Below, in pieces: positions 38,534-51,004 of a DNA stretch of 56,616 nucleotides. Positions within the stretch are counted from its first letter, which is position 1. Each line of letters begins with the position of its first letter. The stretch lies in the NCBI GenBank assembly GCA_039190745.1, contig JBCCXZ010000019.1, forward strand, positions 1-56,616, in the 5' to 3' direction. The position numbers and the translations under genes were made by a program. This DNA is from Planctomycetota bacterium (GTDB lineage Bacteria > Planctomycetota > Planctomycetia > Pirellulales > Lacipirellulaceae). The notes under the pieces were generated by a model that did no database searches, was not told the origin of the DNA, and saw only the letters and a list, made by a program, of their open reading frames with translations.

Positions 38534-39976
38534 CTATGCGTCGATCTCGTAGCCTTTCCGCTGCTCGCGGGCGAGAAAACCGTCGGCCTGCTTGTCGTCG
38601 ACAAACGATTCGGTCTGCGGGTCGTACGTGAGTTTCCGTCCCAGCCGCATCGCGATATTCGCGACGTGGCAGACGGCCATCGCTCGGTTGTGCGACGGGA
38701 CGTCGGAGATCGGCTGCCGGCGCGTCTTGACGCACTCCATGAAGTTGCCCATGTGGGACGGCGGGATCGGGCCGCCGTAAAGCTTTTCGATCGCCCCGGC
38801 GGGCAGCGGGTTGCTCGCCAGGTCTTCGACCGGCCGTCCCACTAGCTTGCCGCGGTTCACCAGGAACCGCCCTTCCGAACCCTCGAACATGATGCCGTTC
38901 CGGAAGCCGAGGTCCGATTCGGCCGAGTTCCTTAGCCGGAACTCGATGCCCCCGGGGAGGGTGAAATTCACATTAAAGCTCGTAGCGGTATTGAATTGGT
39001 CGTCGCGGGTGGGCATGCCCTCTTTCATAGGCACAGGATGGTGCACCTCTACGGGGTCGATAACCATCCTCCCCGCATCGGCGGAGAGCAGATCCAATGC
39101 CCAGAACGAGATGTCAACGTGGTGTGCGCCCCAGTCGGTGACTATGCCGCCGGAGTATTCGTACCACCACCGGTAGTAGCGATGGGTGCGTGAATGAGGG
39201 TGGCCGGCGCCCCAGCCAGTGGTGTCGATCAGCGGCCCCTGACGGTACTCCGAGAAGGGGGCCTGGCCGAGCCAGAGGTCCCAGTTGAGGTTCCCCGGCA
39301 CGGGCCGGACCGGGAGCGGATCGCTGCTGGGACAGCCTCCGATCGCCGCGGTCACCCGTTCCATCTTGCCGCACCGGCCGTCGCGGACCATTGCCGCCGC
39401 AGTGGCAAACTGCTGGCCGAATTCGGTCCGCTGCTGGGTGCCGACTTGGACGACCTTGCCGGTCTCGGCCATGACCTTCTCGATCTGCCGGCCTTCTCGG
39501 ATGGTCAGAGTAAGTGGTTTCTCGCAATAAACGTCCTTGCCGGCCCGCATTGCGTCGATGGCCTGCTTCGTGTGCCAGTGGTCCGGCGAGCCGATCACGA
39601 CGACATCCACGTCGTCTCGGTCTAGCACGGCGCGGTAGTCCTGGCTTACGGCGGTCGCAATCGGCCAGCCCTTCTTGCGGTGCTGGTCGTACACCACCTG
39701 CAGCGCACGGCCGGCCTGGACGATGTCGACATCGCAGACCGCCGCGCAGGGCCCGAACTCGGTCGCCCCGCGCCCCAGTGATGTGTGGAAGCGGATGCCC
39801 GTGCCGATGAACGCCACGACGGGCTGTTCATTGGCCCAGCGGTACGACTCTTGGCCTAGTGCACGGTTGCCGACGAAATAAGACCCGGCGGCCGCGGCGG
39901 CGCCCACACCTGCCGATTTCAGGAAACCCCGACGAGATTCAAGCTGCACGACCGCCCCCACGAGAATGGTATCCAA
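38534..39976 (-). CDS. Tat-exported Gfo/Idh/MocA oxidoreductase
   Basis: SRRGFLK Tat motif, [35 protein letters not shown]; start may be the GTG at 39949. Confidence 0.92.
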   Translation of the reverse strand: MDTILVGAVVQLESRRGFLKSAGVGAAAAAGSYFVGNRALGQESYRWANEQPVVAFIGTGIRFHTSLGRGATEFGPCAAVCDVDIVQAGRALQVVYDQHRKKGWPIATAVSQDYRAVLDRDDVDVVVIGSPDHWHTKQAIDAMRAGKDVYCEKPLTLTIREGRQIEKVMAETGKVVQVGTQQRTEFGQQFATAAAMVRDGRCGKMERVTAAIGGCPSSDPLPVRPVPGNLNWDLWLGQAPFSEYRQGPLIDTTGWGAGHPHSRTHRYYRWWYEYSGGIVTDWGAHHVDISFWALDLLSADAGRMVIDPVEVHHPVPMKEGMPTRDDQFNTATSFNVNFTLPGGIEFRLRNSAESDLGFRNGIMFEGSEGRFLVNRGKLVGRPVEDLASNPLPAGAIEKLYGGPIPPSHMGNFMECVKTRRQPISDVPSHNRAMAVCHVANIAMRLGRKLTYDPQTESFVDDKQADGFLAREQRKGYEIDA

Positions 39977-40236
39977 GACCTAAACGACTACACCCTGAGA
40001 CGCGACTCGGTACAGCCTTGGCAGTACGCAATGCGTCTGTGCCGAGCATTGTAATCGGCATGTATTGCGAGCGACACACGCGGCAGAGAAATAGCCGTAC
40101 AGCCGGCTTAGGCTGAGAAGTGCCTAATGTTGCAGCAAGAAACGACGGCGCCGGGCGCACCCGCATCGGGCACGCCCGGCCACCGCCGAAACGCGGTTGG
40201 TGCTTCTTCAGAGGTGTCGCGTCAGTCTGCCGCGTC

Positions 40237-43200
40237 TCAGGCCTCTGCCAACGCCTGGTCGATCGCACCCAGGTCGTCGGCCCCCAGCGGCTCGCCGTAC
40301 ACTGTCAGGTCTTCGATGACGCCATCGAAGTAGTCCTTGAGGTTGAGCCGGTCGCCGTCCCGTGTGGTCGTCGAGGCGCCGATCACCAAGGAGTTGGCGT
40401 TCGCCGAAATCCCTTGGGTGAACTCGTCCTCCGCGTCGACCAGTTCGCCGTCGAGGTAGAGGCGGAAGCCGTCCGCGCCGAACACGACCGCCAGTGCGTA
40501 CTCTCGGCCGGCCTCGACCGAACCCGGAGCAGATTTCAAGTACTCGCTGCGGGAGTCGCTCTGAAGTCGGACCTCCACCCGATCCTCTGCGACCGAGATC
40601 GTCAGGTGCCCACCGTCCTGGAAGTTGCGGTGGTCCTTGCTGAGCAGGGTCTGCCTGCCGTCGGTCTCGTCCACGGTGAACGACATCGCCACCGTGCCCG
40701 ACTCGAGCGCAAGCGGCTCGCCGTGCTCTACCTGCAGGTAGTCGCCCTTCTCGCCGGAGAGCGATACCTCACCGGGCACGAGCAGCACCGCCCCGTCGGG
40801 CAACGGCGCGTCTTGCACCTCGTCGGGCAGCCAACGCGACTCGCCGTCGGTCACGACCGGCGTCCCGAACCTCGGGGCCAGCGCGTGATCCAACTCATCG
40901 AGCGTCCGCACGATCCCCGGGGCGGGCTTAGCGTTGACGGTGTAGTCGCTCTCGGTGACCAGATCGCCGAAGACGGTCACCGTGCCGAGTTGGTCTTTGT
41001 TGTGGGCGCCGGCGTTGCCCTGGTTCGACTGCACGTGCAGCACCGACGAGTCGAGGACTCCGTCGCCGTCGCTGTCTTGGTGGGTCACCTTGTACACGTC
41101 CACCGTATGGCCGATGAACTCGATGAAGTCGCCCTCGGCGCGGTTGAAGTCGGTGATGACCTCGTCGCCGAAGCGGTCGACCCAGTGGTCGTGCACGTTC
41201 CGGTTCTCACCGGTGACGCCGTGCCAGTCGATCGTCCGGTCGTCGTTCACGTGCTTGAGGATGATGTCTCGCTTCGCGTTGACCAGGATCTCAAACCGGA
41301 ACGTGTCCGCTCCGCCGCCTCCGGTGAGGACGTCGTCCGAGGCGATCGGCTGATCCGGGTAGAGCGTCCGCGTCTCGGGATTGATCTCGCCGTACGGGTC
41401 GTCGTCCGAGTCGTAGAGCTGCGCGATCACCGGCTCGCGGCCGTCGCTGCGGCTGATGAGCAGGTCGTCGCCATCGCCGCCGTCGATCTGGTCTTCGCCC
41501 TCCCCGCCGTCGAGGGTGTCTGCCTCAGACGTCCCGACGAGCACGTCGTCGCCGTATGAGCCGTTGGCGAAGCGCACCCCGGCGAGCGTCTCGCCGTCGT
41601 CGGTCCCTACCAGCACGCCGTCGATCTCTGTCGTCTCGGTGAGCGGGGCAGGGGGGCTAACCCCGGCCAGCGCAGCGACTTCCGCACGGGTCATCTGGCG
41701 GTCGTGGAAAGTCAACTCGCTGATGGTCCCCTCGAAGAAGTCCGACGCCCATTCGGGGTTCTCCGCGGAGCGCCCCCAGATGTTGGCGCCAACCGCCAGG
41801 TCGTTGAGGTTCGCCTCGATGCCCTGGTCGAATCCGGTCTCCCAGGCTTCGAGCCGTCCGTCGACGTAGACCCACAAGCCATCGTCGCCGAAGGTGACGG
41901 TGAGTTCGTACTCCTCGCCGTCATCGAGGATTTCTTTGGTCTTGGCCCACTCCGATTTCTCCGCGCTCTGCAGCCGCACCTCCACGCGGCCGTCGTTGAC
42001 GAACGCGGTCAGGTGGCCGCCGTTCTCCAGGCCGCTGGCGTCTTTGCTGAACAGGGCTTGCTTGTCCTGCACGTCGTTGGACGAGAAGCGCAGCGAGACG
42101 GTCCCGTTCTCCAGTTCCACCGCTTCGGTGTGCTCGACCAGGAGGTAGTCGCCGCGTTCGCCGCTGAAGGGGACTTCTCCCGGCACACGGAGCACCTCGC
42201 CCGGGGCAAGCGCGCCGTGGTCGAGGAACCGCGGCACATAAATGGAGCTGGCCCAACGTGACCGGCCGGGCGATCGGAGCGGGGTGCTGTTGATCGGAGA
42301 CTCCGCCTCGTTGAGCTCGTCGATCGTCTCGACAATCCCCGGCGCCGGTCGGGCGTCGACGGTGTAGTCGCTCGCGGTCAGCAGGTCGCCGTACACGGTC
42401 ACGGTGCCCAGTTGGTCTTTGTTGTGCGCCCCGGCGTTCCCCTGATTCGACTGCACGTGCAGTACCGAGGTGTCGAGCACCCCGTCGCCGTTGCTGTCGT
42501 GGTGCGTCAGGTCGTACACGTCGACGGTGTGGCCGACGAATTCGATCTTGTCGCCCTCGGCGCGGTTGAAATCCCAGATCGAGTCGTCGCCGATCCGGTC
42601 GACCCAGTGGTCGTGCACGTTGCGGTTCTCGCCGGTGACCCCGTGCCAATCGATCGTCCGGTCGTCGTTGACGTGCTTCAGGATGATGTCCCGCTTCGCG
42701 TTCACCAGAATCTCGAACCGGAAAGTGTCCGCTCCCGGTCCGCCAAACATCAGGTCGTCGCCGGCGACCGGCTGGTTCGAGTAGAGCGTCCGCGTAGTCG
42801 GGTCGATCTCGCCGTACGGGTCGTCCTCGGAGTCGTAGTCCTGAGCGATCACCGGTTCGCGACCGTCGCTGCGGCTGATGATCAGGTCGTCGCCCTCCTT
42901 GCCGAAGAGACGGTCCTCGCCTTCGCCGCCGTCCAGCACGTCATCCCACGCTGTGCCTACGACTTTGTCCTCTCCGAATCCGCCATTGGTAGCCCGGCTA
43001 GGCGGCAGGATGTCGTTGCCGTCGGTGCCGCGCAGCACTCCGTCGATCACCGTCGGCGTCGCTAGAGGTTGCCGACCGGGAAGGCCGGCCAACGCGGCGA
43101 CTTCGTTGCGGTCCAACTGGCCGCCATAGACAGTGAACCCGCTGATCGTTCCGGCGAAATGGTCCGCGGTCCAGGTCGGGTTGCTCTCAGTTCGGGCCCA

Positions 43201-43803
43201 GGTGTTGGCGCCGATCGCGAGGTCGTTGTCGTTTGCCTCGATGCCCTGGAAGAACCCGGTTTCCCAGGCCTCGATGCGGCCGTCGACGTACACGAAGAAG
43301 CCGTCGTCCCCAAAGGCAACCGCCAGCTCGTGCTCCTGGCCATCGGTCAGGATTTCACCGGTCTTCGCCCACTCCGACTTCTCGCCGCTCTGCAGGCGTA
43401 CTTCGACGCGGCCGTCGTTGACAAACGCTGTCAGGTGGCCTCCGTCCTCAAGTCCGCTGGCGTCTTTGCTGAACAACGCCTGACGTTCTTCGACGTCGTC
43501 CGCGGTGAAGTTCACCACGAACGTGCCGTTGGTCAGGGCCAATGCCTCGGCGTGCTCCACGGCGACGTAATCGCCTCGTTCTCCGCTGAGGTCGATCGCC
43601 TCGGCAACGGAGTAAACGATCGGGGCGGCGCTGAGCACCTCGCGGCGTTCTAAGAATTCGAGTTGGAGTTCGACCCCCGGGCGCCTCTTCCCGTTGCGGC
43701 CCCGCCGCCCCTTGCAGAGCGGTCTTTCGCGGCCTTGTTTTGTCTTCGAGCGATCCGTTCGGCGCGCACGCCGATCCTCTGGTTGCCAAGAATGGCTGAA
43801 CAT
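40237..43803 (-). CDS. Secreted protein with three LamG domains, RTX-like Ca-binding repeats and a duplicated His-rich domain
   Basis: AAGGAG before ATG 43803; LQLEFLERREVLS; LFSKD..GGHLT (three copies); DGGEGEDRL/GGPGADTF; near-identical internal duplication. Confidence 0.88.
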   Translation of the reverse strand: MFSHSWQPEDRRARRTDRSKTKQGRERPLCKGRRGRNGKRRPGVELQLEFLERREVLSAAPIVYSVAEAIDLSGERGDYVAVEHAEALALTNGTFVVNFTADDVEERQALFSKDASGLEDGGHLTAFVNDGRVEVRLQSGEKSEWAKTGEILTDGQEHELAVAFGDDGFFVYVDGRIEAWETGFFQGIEANDNDLAIGANTWARTESNPTWTADHFAGTISGFTVYGGQLDRNEVAALAGLPGRQPLATPTVIDGVLRGTDGNDILPPSRATNGGFGEDKVVGTAWDDVLDGGEGEDRLFGKEGDDLIISRSDGREPVIAQDYDSEDDPYGEIDPTTRTLYSNQPVAGDDLMFGGPGADTFRFEILVNAKRDIILKHVNDDRTIDWHGVTGENRNVHDHWVDRIGDDSIWDFNRAEGDKIEFVGHTVDVYDLTHHDSNGDGVLDTSVLHVQSNQGNAGAHNKDQLGTVTVYGDLLTASDYTVDARPAPGIVETIDELNEAESPINSTPLRSPGRSRWASSIYVPRFLDHGALAPGEVLRVPGEVPFSGERGDYLLVEHTEAVELENGTVSLRFSSNDVQDKQALFSKDASGLENGGHLTAFVNDGRVEVRLQSAEKSEWAKTKEILDDGEEYELTVTFGDDGLWVYVDGRLEAWETGFDQGIEANLNDLAVGANIWGRSAENPEWASDFFEGTISELTFHDRQMTRAEVAALAGVSPPAPLTETTEIDGVLVGTDDGETLAGVRFANGSYGDDVLVGTSEADTLDGGEGEDQIDGGDGDDLLISRSDGREPVIAQLYDSDDDPYGEINPETRTLYPDQPIASDDVLTGGGGADTFRFEILVNAKRDIILKHVNDDRTIDWHGVTGENRNVHDHWVDRFGDEVITDFNRAEGDFIEFIGHTVDVYKVTHQDSDGDGVLDSSVLHVQSNQGNAGAHNKDQLGTVTVFGDLVTESDYTVNAKPAPGIVRTLDELDHALAPRFGTPVVTDGESRWLPDEVQDAPLPDGAVLLVPGEVSLSGEKGDYLQVEHGEPLALESGTVAMSFTVDETDGRQTLLSKDHRNFQDGGHLTISVAEDRVEVRLQSDSRSEYLKSAPGSVEAGREYALAVVFGADGFRLYLDGELVDAEDEFTQGISANANSLVIGASTTTRDGDRLNLKDYFDGVIEDLTVYGEPLGADDLGAIDQALAEA

Positions 43804-43889
43804 ATCCCTGCTCCTTGCATCAGTTCCGAAAAAGACGGCGGGCCCCCTGAAGCCCGCTGGAACTGGCAGTGGTGTCCCGAGCGTTTGCT

Positions 43890-43917
43890 GTGATATCCGA
43901 TCCCCGAGGGGTGTCAA
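43890..43917 (-). promoter_or_regulatory. Possible sigma70 promoter of the LamG/RTX gene
   Basis: Minus strand TTGACA-N16-TATCAC with an A/T-rich tract upstream. Confidence 0.45.
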
Positions 43918-44096
43918 CAAGCTTTCATTTATTTTGCACAAGGCCGCAAGCGACTTGATATCAGTGCCATTAGCCGGCAACTTGACTCAGCCAAATGACA
44001 TCCTTCGGTTGCAACAACTTGAACCCCGGTGCTTCGTAAGAACGGCGTTGAGGCGACGGCAGTGCATGCGCGTTCCACTTGGCAAGCGCTGCGCAC

Positions 44097-44128
44097 AAAA
44101 AAAGGCCCGCCAAGACTGGCGGGCCTTT
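44097..44128 (-). terminator. Rho-independent terminator of the PEP-CTERM gene
   Basis: AAAGGCCCGCCA-agac-TGGCGGGCCTTT; the plus-strand A7 run gives a U tail on the minus strand. Confidence 0.85.
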
Positions 44129-44167
44129 CGTGAGCAACTGATGCAGTTTCGCCGGCTGGCGGTCGGC

Positions 44168-44995
44168 TTACCGTCGGCGTCGTGCGCTGACTCCAAAGAC
44201 GCCTGTCAGCAACAAAACGGCCGCCGTGGGTTCGGGGATCTCGTTGGGGTCCAGGTCGCCGCCGGGCACTCCCTTGAAGTCCTTCTTCGCGATGAACGCT
44301 CCCGAGTTCCGCTGGCTGTTGGCAGTCAACTGGTTGTCGATCGCCACCTCGGCCTTGGTCACGCCGAGCTCGGGATCAAGAAAATCAATCGCCGGGCCGA
44401 AGTCCATGAACACGTCGAGGTCCCAGAACTTCAGGCCGGTGGGCCCGCCGGACAGGTCGAGGTCGTTGTAGAAGAAATCGCTGTCGACCAGAACGATCGG
44501 CGCGGGCAACGGTTCGTTATCGACCTCGAGGATCTCTACGCGGACGCTCAGGCTCGCCGACACCGAGGTGCCGATCCCGCCCAAGCCGGACAGCGAGTAG
44601 TCGCCGCCCTCAGAAAAGAAGAATGAGTCGAGCCCCGCTCCGGGGACGGTCATCACCGTGAAGTTCAGTTGCCCGTCTGTGATGTCGAGCGGGCCGAGGC
44701 CGGTCGAAACTGCGGCGAACTCGAGCGGATCGAAGTCGATCGTGTTTACTAAGACGTCCGGTTCGCCGTATAGCGGCGTCGGGTCGGTGGCTGACGACTC
44801 TGTGACGTCGAGGTACATCACCGCTCCGGGCGGGATGTCGTCAAAATCGCCGTAGTTGATTGGTGCGGCAAGAGAATCCGCAGTGAAGAACAGCATCGCC
44901 GCGAGAGCGGCGGCGGCACCGATGTGCCGTGGCGTCAGCAGCCGGCGCACGAAACGCGCGCAGCAGGTGCGTAGATCAAGTTGCATCACGAGCAC
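44168..44995 (-). CDS. PEP-CTERM sorting domain protein
   Basis: Signal peptide; acidic beta-rich body; IPEPTAAVLLLTGVFGVSARRRR. Confidence 0.85.
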   Translation of the reverse strand: MLVMQLDLRTCCARFVRRLLTPRHIGAAAALAAMLFFTADSLAAPINYGDFDDIPPGAVMYLDVTESSATDPTPLYGEPDVLVNTIDFDPLEFAAVSTGLGPLDITDGQLNFTVMTVPGAGLDSFFFSEGGDYSLSGLGGIGTSVSASLSVRVEILEVDNEPLPAPIVLVDSDFFYNDLDLSGGPTGLKFWDLDVFMDFGPAIDFLDPELGVTKAEVAIDNQLTANSQRNSGAFIAKKDFKGVPGGDLDPNEIPEPTAAVLLLTGVFGVSARRRR

Positions 44996-45467
44996 TCCCC
45001 AAGAGTGGAATGGGTCGGAAGACTAGAAAGATTCGGGATGTAGGCAGCTAAGAGGCTTACTTGCCTTTACATCCATCGATCGTGCGATGGAGAAAATTCA
45101 CGCAGGAACCTGCGCAGAGATTCTCTTCACTAGCAGTCTTTCGAGCCGTAGGACGGGGAGTGCCGCAGTAGGTCTGTCCCTGAGAAAAAAAGTTGTGTCC
45201 GCCGAGCGGACCGCAAAACGAGTAGGGCTCGGCGAACGCCGCCGGCCCGGTAGTCCTTCTCTCAACCTAGGATGATAAGACCTAACCATAAGAGCAAGAG
45301 CTTTGTGGCGTTTTCGGTAAAATACGCAATTAATCCCGGCTCAGCAGCGTCGTGCGGGGGCCCGCGTGTACCGCTCTGGCGGCCCAGTTCGCTTCGTGAT
45401 ACATGCTTGGAAGCCGTGGTTTGCTATGAATCTGGCCCTCCGACCCACCATCGTCACGGAGCACCTA

Positions 45468-45836
45468 GTGATAGTCGTCACCAACAGAATCCCCGTCGCG
45501 AAAGGGCATGAAATCGACTTCGAGGATCGGTTCCGCAACCGTGTGCATCTCGTCGATCAAGCCCCCGGGTTCGTCCGCAACGAGGTGCACCGTCCGAAGC
45601 CCATGCGTTTCGATCACGAAACCGGCAGCTTCGTCGAAGACGCAGAATCCGAGGGCTACTACGAGGTGAAGACCTGGTGGGAGTCGATGGACGACTTCGT
45701 CGCCTGGACCAAGAGCGAGTCGTTCGCCGAGGCTCACGCCAACCGACCGCCGAAAGAGATGTTCCGCGGGCCGAGCGTGCTAGACGTGCACGAGGTTTTT
45801 CTGTCGACCGACGTCGACGATCGACCCCAAGCTTAG
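45468..45836 (+). CDS. Antibiotic biosynthesis monooxygenase (IsdG-like) protein
   Basis: GGAG before the GTG start; IVVTNRIPV..FEDRF..APGF..WESMDDFVAWTKSESFAEAH. Confidence 0.85.
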   Translation: MIVVTNRIPVAKGHEIDFEDRFRNRVHLVDQAPGFVRNEVHRPKPMRFDHETGSFVEDAESEGYYEVKTWWESMDDFVAWTKSESFAEAHANRPPKEMFRGPSVLDVHEVFLSTDVDDRPQA

Positions 45837-45871
45837 GCGACGGTATCGACCCGAGAGCGCATGAGCTCCGC

Positions 45872-46927
45872 TCAGCGCGCGAGCATTTCCGCTGCGTGAT
45901 CAAGGACGGCGACGGCCGCCTCGTCGTCCTGCACCACGGCGTGCCTAGCGGCCCCGAGCGTCCGCCGCAGTAACTCGACCGCCGCGTACTGCTCCGCCCG
46001 GATCCAGAACGCTGCCGGAGGCCGCTCGCCCTGGGCGGTCGCCCCGAGGCGGTAACCCTCGACCAATGCCCCCGCGGCTTTCAGCAGCCCGGCCGCATCG
46101 GCGTGCAGAGGTACATGAAAGTGGAGGTGGGCGAGCGCCGTTCCTAGGTCGAACGCGGGATCGCCCAGGTGGGCGATCTCCGCGTCCAACAGCCGCGGTG
46201 AGTTTCCCTGGAGCACCACGTTGCCGCTCTGCACGTCGCCGTGGACCAGAGCCGCCGGTGTTCCGTAGTAACAGGCACGCAGTGACGCGATCCGCTCACG
46301 CACCTGCTGAGTCAGCAGTCCCTCGGCGTGCTCACGTACTCGGACGGGGATCGGAAAGGGGTTCTCCTGGTAGGGGAGGGTAAAGATATGCTCGCCGTGG
46401 AGCCGCTGCATCTCTTCGTTGCGAAACTCCTCCGCCAGATCCGTCACGGCCGCCGCCGTGCCGCAGTGCACCGTGGCAAGACACTCTCCGAGTTTGTGCA
46501 TTGCTTCGACGGGCGCCCCGCCGCCAGCCAGGACTTGATCGAGCCGGGCTCCGTCGCCGAGGTCTTCCATAACCATCACGCGCGAGCCGGTGTCAAAGTG
46601 GTACACCGCCGGCAGGATCGCAGCCGCCCGCGGTGCGAGCTGCCGCACGAGCTTGCCGTAGCGGTGCTCGAACAGCATCCGGTCGGTCGTTACGCGGTAT
46701 TCCGGGAACCGCTCGAGCTCGGGGCGGGCCTGTTTCACGATGACCGACTCGCCACTCGGCTTGGTGACGCGGCGGACGAAGTTGATGTTGCCGTCGCCCG
46801 CCGGCTCGACCGCCACATTCTCTTCCCCCGAAAGCCAGCCGGACGCGGCAAGGAAGTGCGGCAGGTTCTCGTCGGTGAGGCGGACGGACGGGTCGTGCAT
46901 GTGCGGAGCCTGTTCGAGGGGACCCAT
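45872..46927 (-). CDS. Methylthioribose kinase-like phosphotransferase
   Basis: GDGNINFV..VIVKQA, MEDL, LVHGD, DAEIAHLGDPAFDLG; start may be 46900. Confidence 0.75.
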   Translation of the reverse strand: MGPLEQAPHMHDPSVRLTDENLPHFLAASGWLSGEENVAVEPAGDGNINFVRRVTKPSGESVIVKQARPELERFPEYRVTTDRMLFEHRYGKLVRQLAPRAAAILPAVYHFDTGSRVMVMEDLGDGARLDQVLAGGGAPVEAMHKLGECLATVHCGTAAAVTDLAEEFRNEEMQRLHGEHIFTLPYQENPFPIPVRVREHAEGLLTQQVRERIASLRACYYGTPAALVHGDVQSGNVVLQGNSPRLLDAEIAHLGDPAFDLGTALAHLHFHVPLHADAAGLLKAAGALVEGYRLGATAQGERPPAAFWIRAEQYAAVELLRRTLGAARHAVVQDDEAAVAVLDHAAEMLAR

Positions 46928-46945
46928 TGTCTTGCCTCGCCTGGC

Positions 46946-48379
<1,434 letters not shown>

Positions 48380-48409
48380 CGCTTGATCCCTAAAGGCAAA
48401 GTGCTTCCG

Positions 48410-50050
<1,641 letters not shown>

Positions 50051-50094
50051 GGCTGGGTTCCCTGCGGCCTGCTTTGGCCGGCGTGCGTTCCGGG

Positions 50095-50988
50095 TTAGTT
50101 CTGCTGGTTGAGGTTCCAGTCGTAATCAAGGTAGGCGACGCTGACGCCGTCCGACAGGGCCGCAGCGCGGGCTTCTCCGGAGGGCAGAAGCGGGGCGACT
50201 TTCTGCAGCACCGCCGCCTTGGTGGGCCCGAAATCTTTGCCGAACCACTCCAGGATCGAGCTCAGGTAAACCTTGTTCTGCTGTGCATCGAAGCGGAAGT
50301 TCTGCGGCTGGGCGAAGAAGTGGGTGGCGTTACCGGCCAGCTGCTCTTCCAACCGCCCGGAGACGTAGGCCTCGTTCAACAGCCGCGGGCAGCCGATCGA
50401 GGCGCAGACGATCGCGAAGTGGATCCGCGGCTCTCCCATCTTGCGAAGGATCTTGTGCTCGATGTCGTTGAGTGAAAAGCCCTCGCCGCCGACACGCAGG
50501 GGGAGGTCGTTCCAGATGTTGTAGCCGACGACCTTGGCGGTGTGGTTGCGGATGCTGGTGGTGGGGTAGACCTGCAGGATGCCCTTCACCGTGACGGCGT
50601 TGTAGGCGTTGATCCAGAAGGCGAGCCGCGCCTCGCGGCCGGCTTCGACCTGGGTGCTTCCGCGGGAGAGTTCGTCCAGGTAGCCGTCGAGCTTGGCGAC
50701 ATCTTCCGAGGAGGCTTTCCAGCGCTTGTAATCGACCAGGCCCTGTCCATCGACGTAGTCGCGGAGGAGCTCATCCCAAGCGGCGTGGTCGATCGCGTCC
50801 AGCGAGACCAGCTCGCTCGACTTCCAAGTCCGGCCGAGCGGAGGTTTTCCGTTCGCTTCTTCGCCGCGTCCGCCCAAGAAAGTAAAGGCGACCGCCGCGC
50901 CGATGAAGCCGACGCTCATCAGGAAAGGCCGGCGGAACGATTCGGCGGACCCCGGGTCGGCGGGGTTGGGTAGTTGGTTCTCGCTCAT
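50095..50988 (-). CDS. DUF547 domain protein
   Basis: LAFWINAYNA, SLNDIEH, PRIHFAIVCASIGCP, YDWNLN. Confidence 0.92.
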   Translation of the reverse strand: MSENQLPNPADPGSAESFRRPFLMSVGFIGAAVAFTFLGGRGEEANGKPPLGRTWKSSELVSLDAIDHAAWDELLRDYVDGQGLVDYKRWKASSEDVAKLDGYLDELSRGSTQVEAGREARLAFWINAYNAVTVKGILQVYPTTSIRNHTAKVVGYNIWNDLPLRVGGEGFSLNDIEHKILRKMGEPRIHFAIVCASIGCPRLLNEAYVSGRLEEQLAGNATHFFAQPQNFRFDAQQNKVYLSSILEWFGKDFGPTKAAVLQKVAPLLPSGEARAAALSDGVSVAYLDYDWNLNQQN

Positions 50989-51004
50989 TGGTTTCTCCGG
51001 TCGT

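Noticed and set aside
40140..40190. Hairpin GCCGGGCG...CGCCCGGC downstream of the LamG/RTX gene as a terminator
   Set aside because: Plausible, but the U tract is weak and offset from the stem
43960..44095. Sigma54 promoters (TGGCAC, TGGCAA) as targets of the NtrC-like regulator
   Set aside because: Either the -12 GC spacing is wrong or the site points away from any gene
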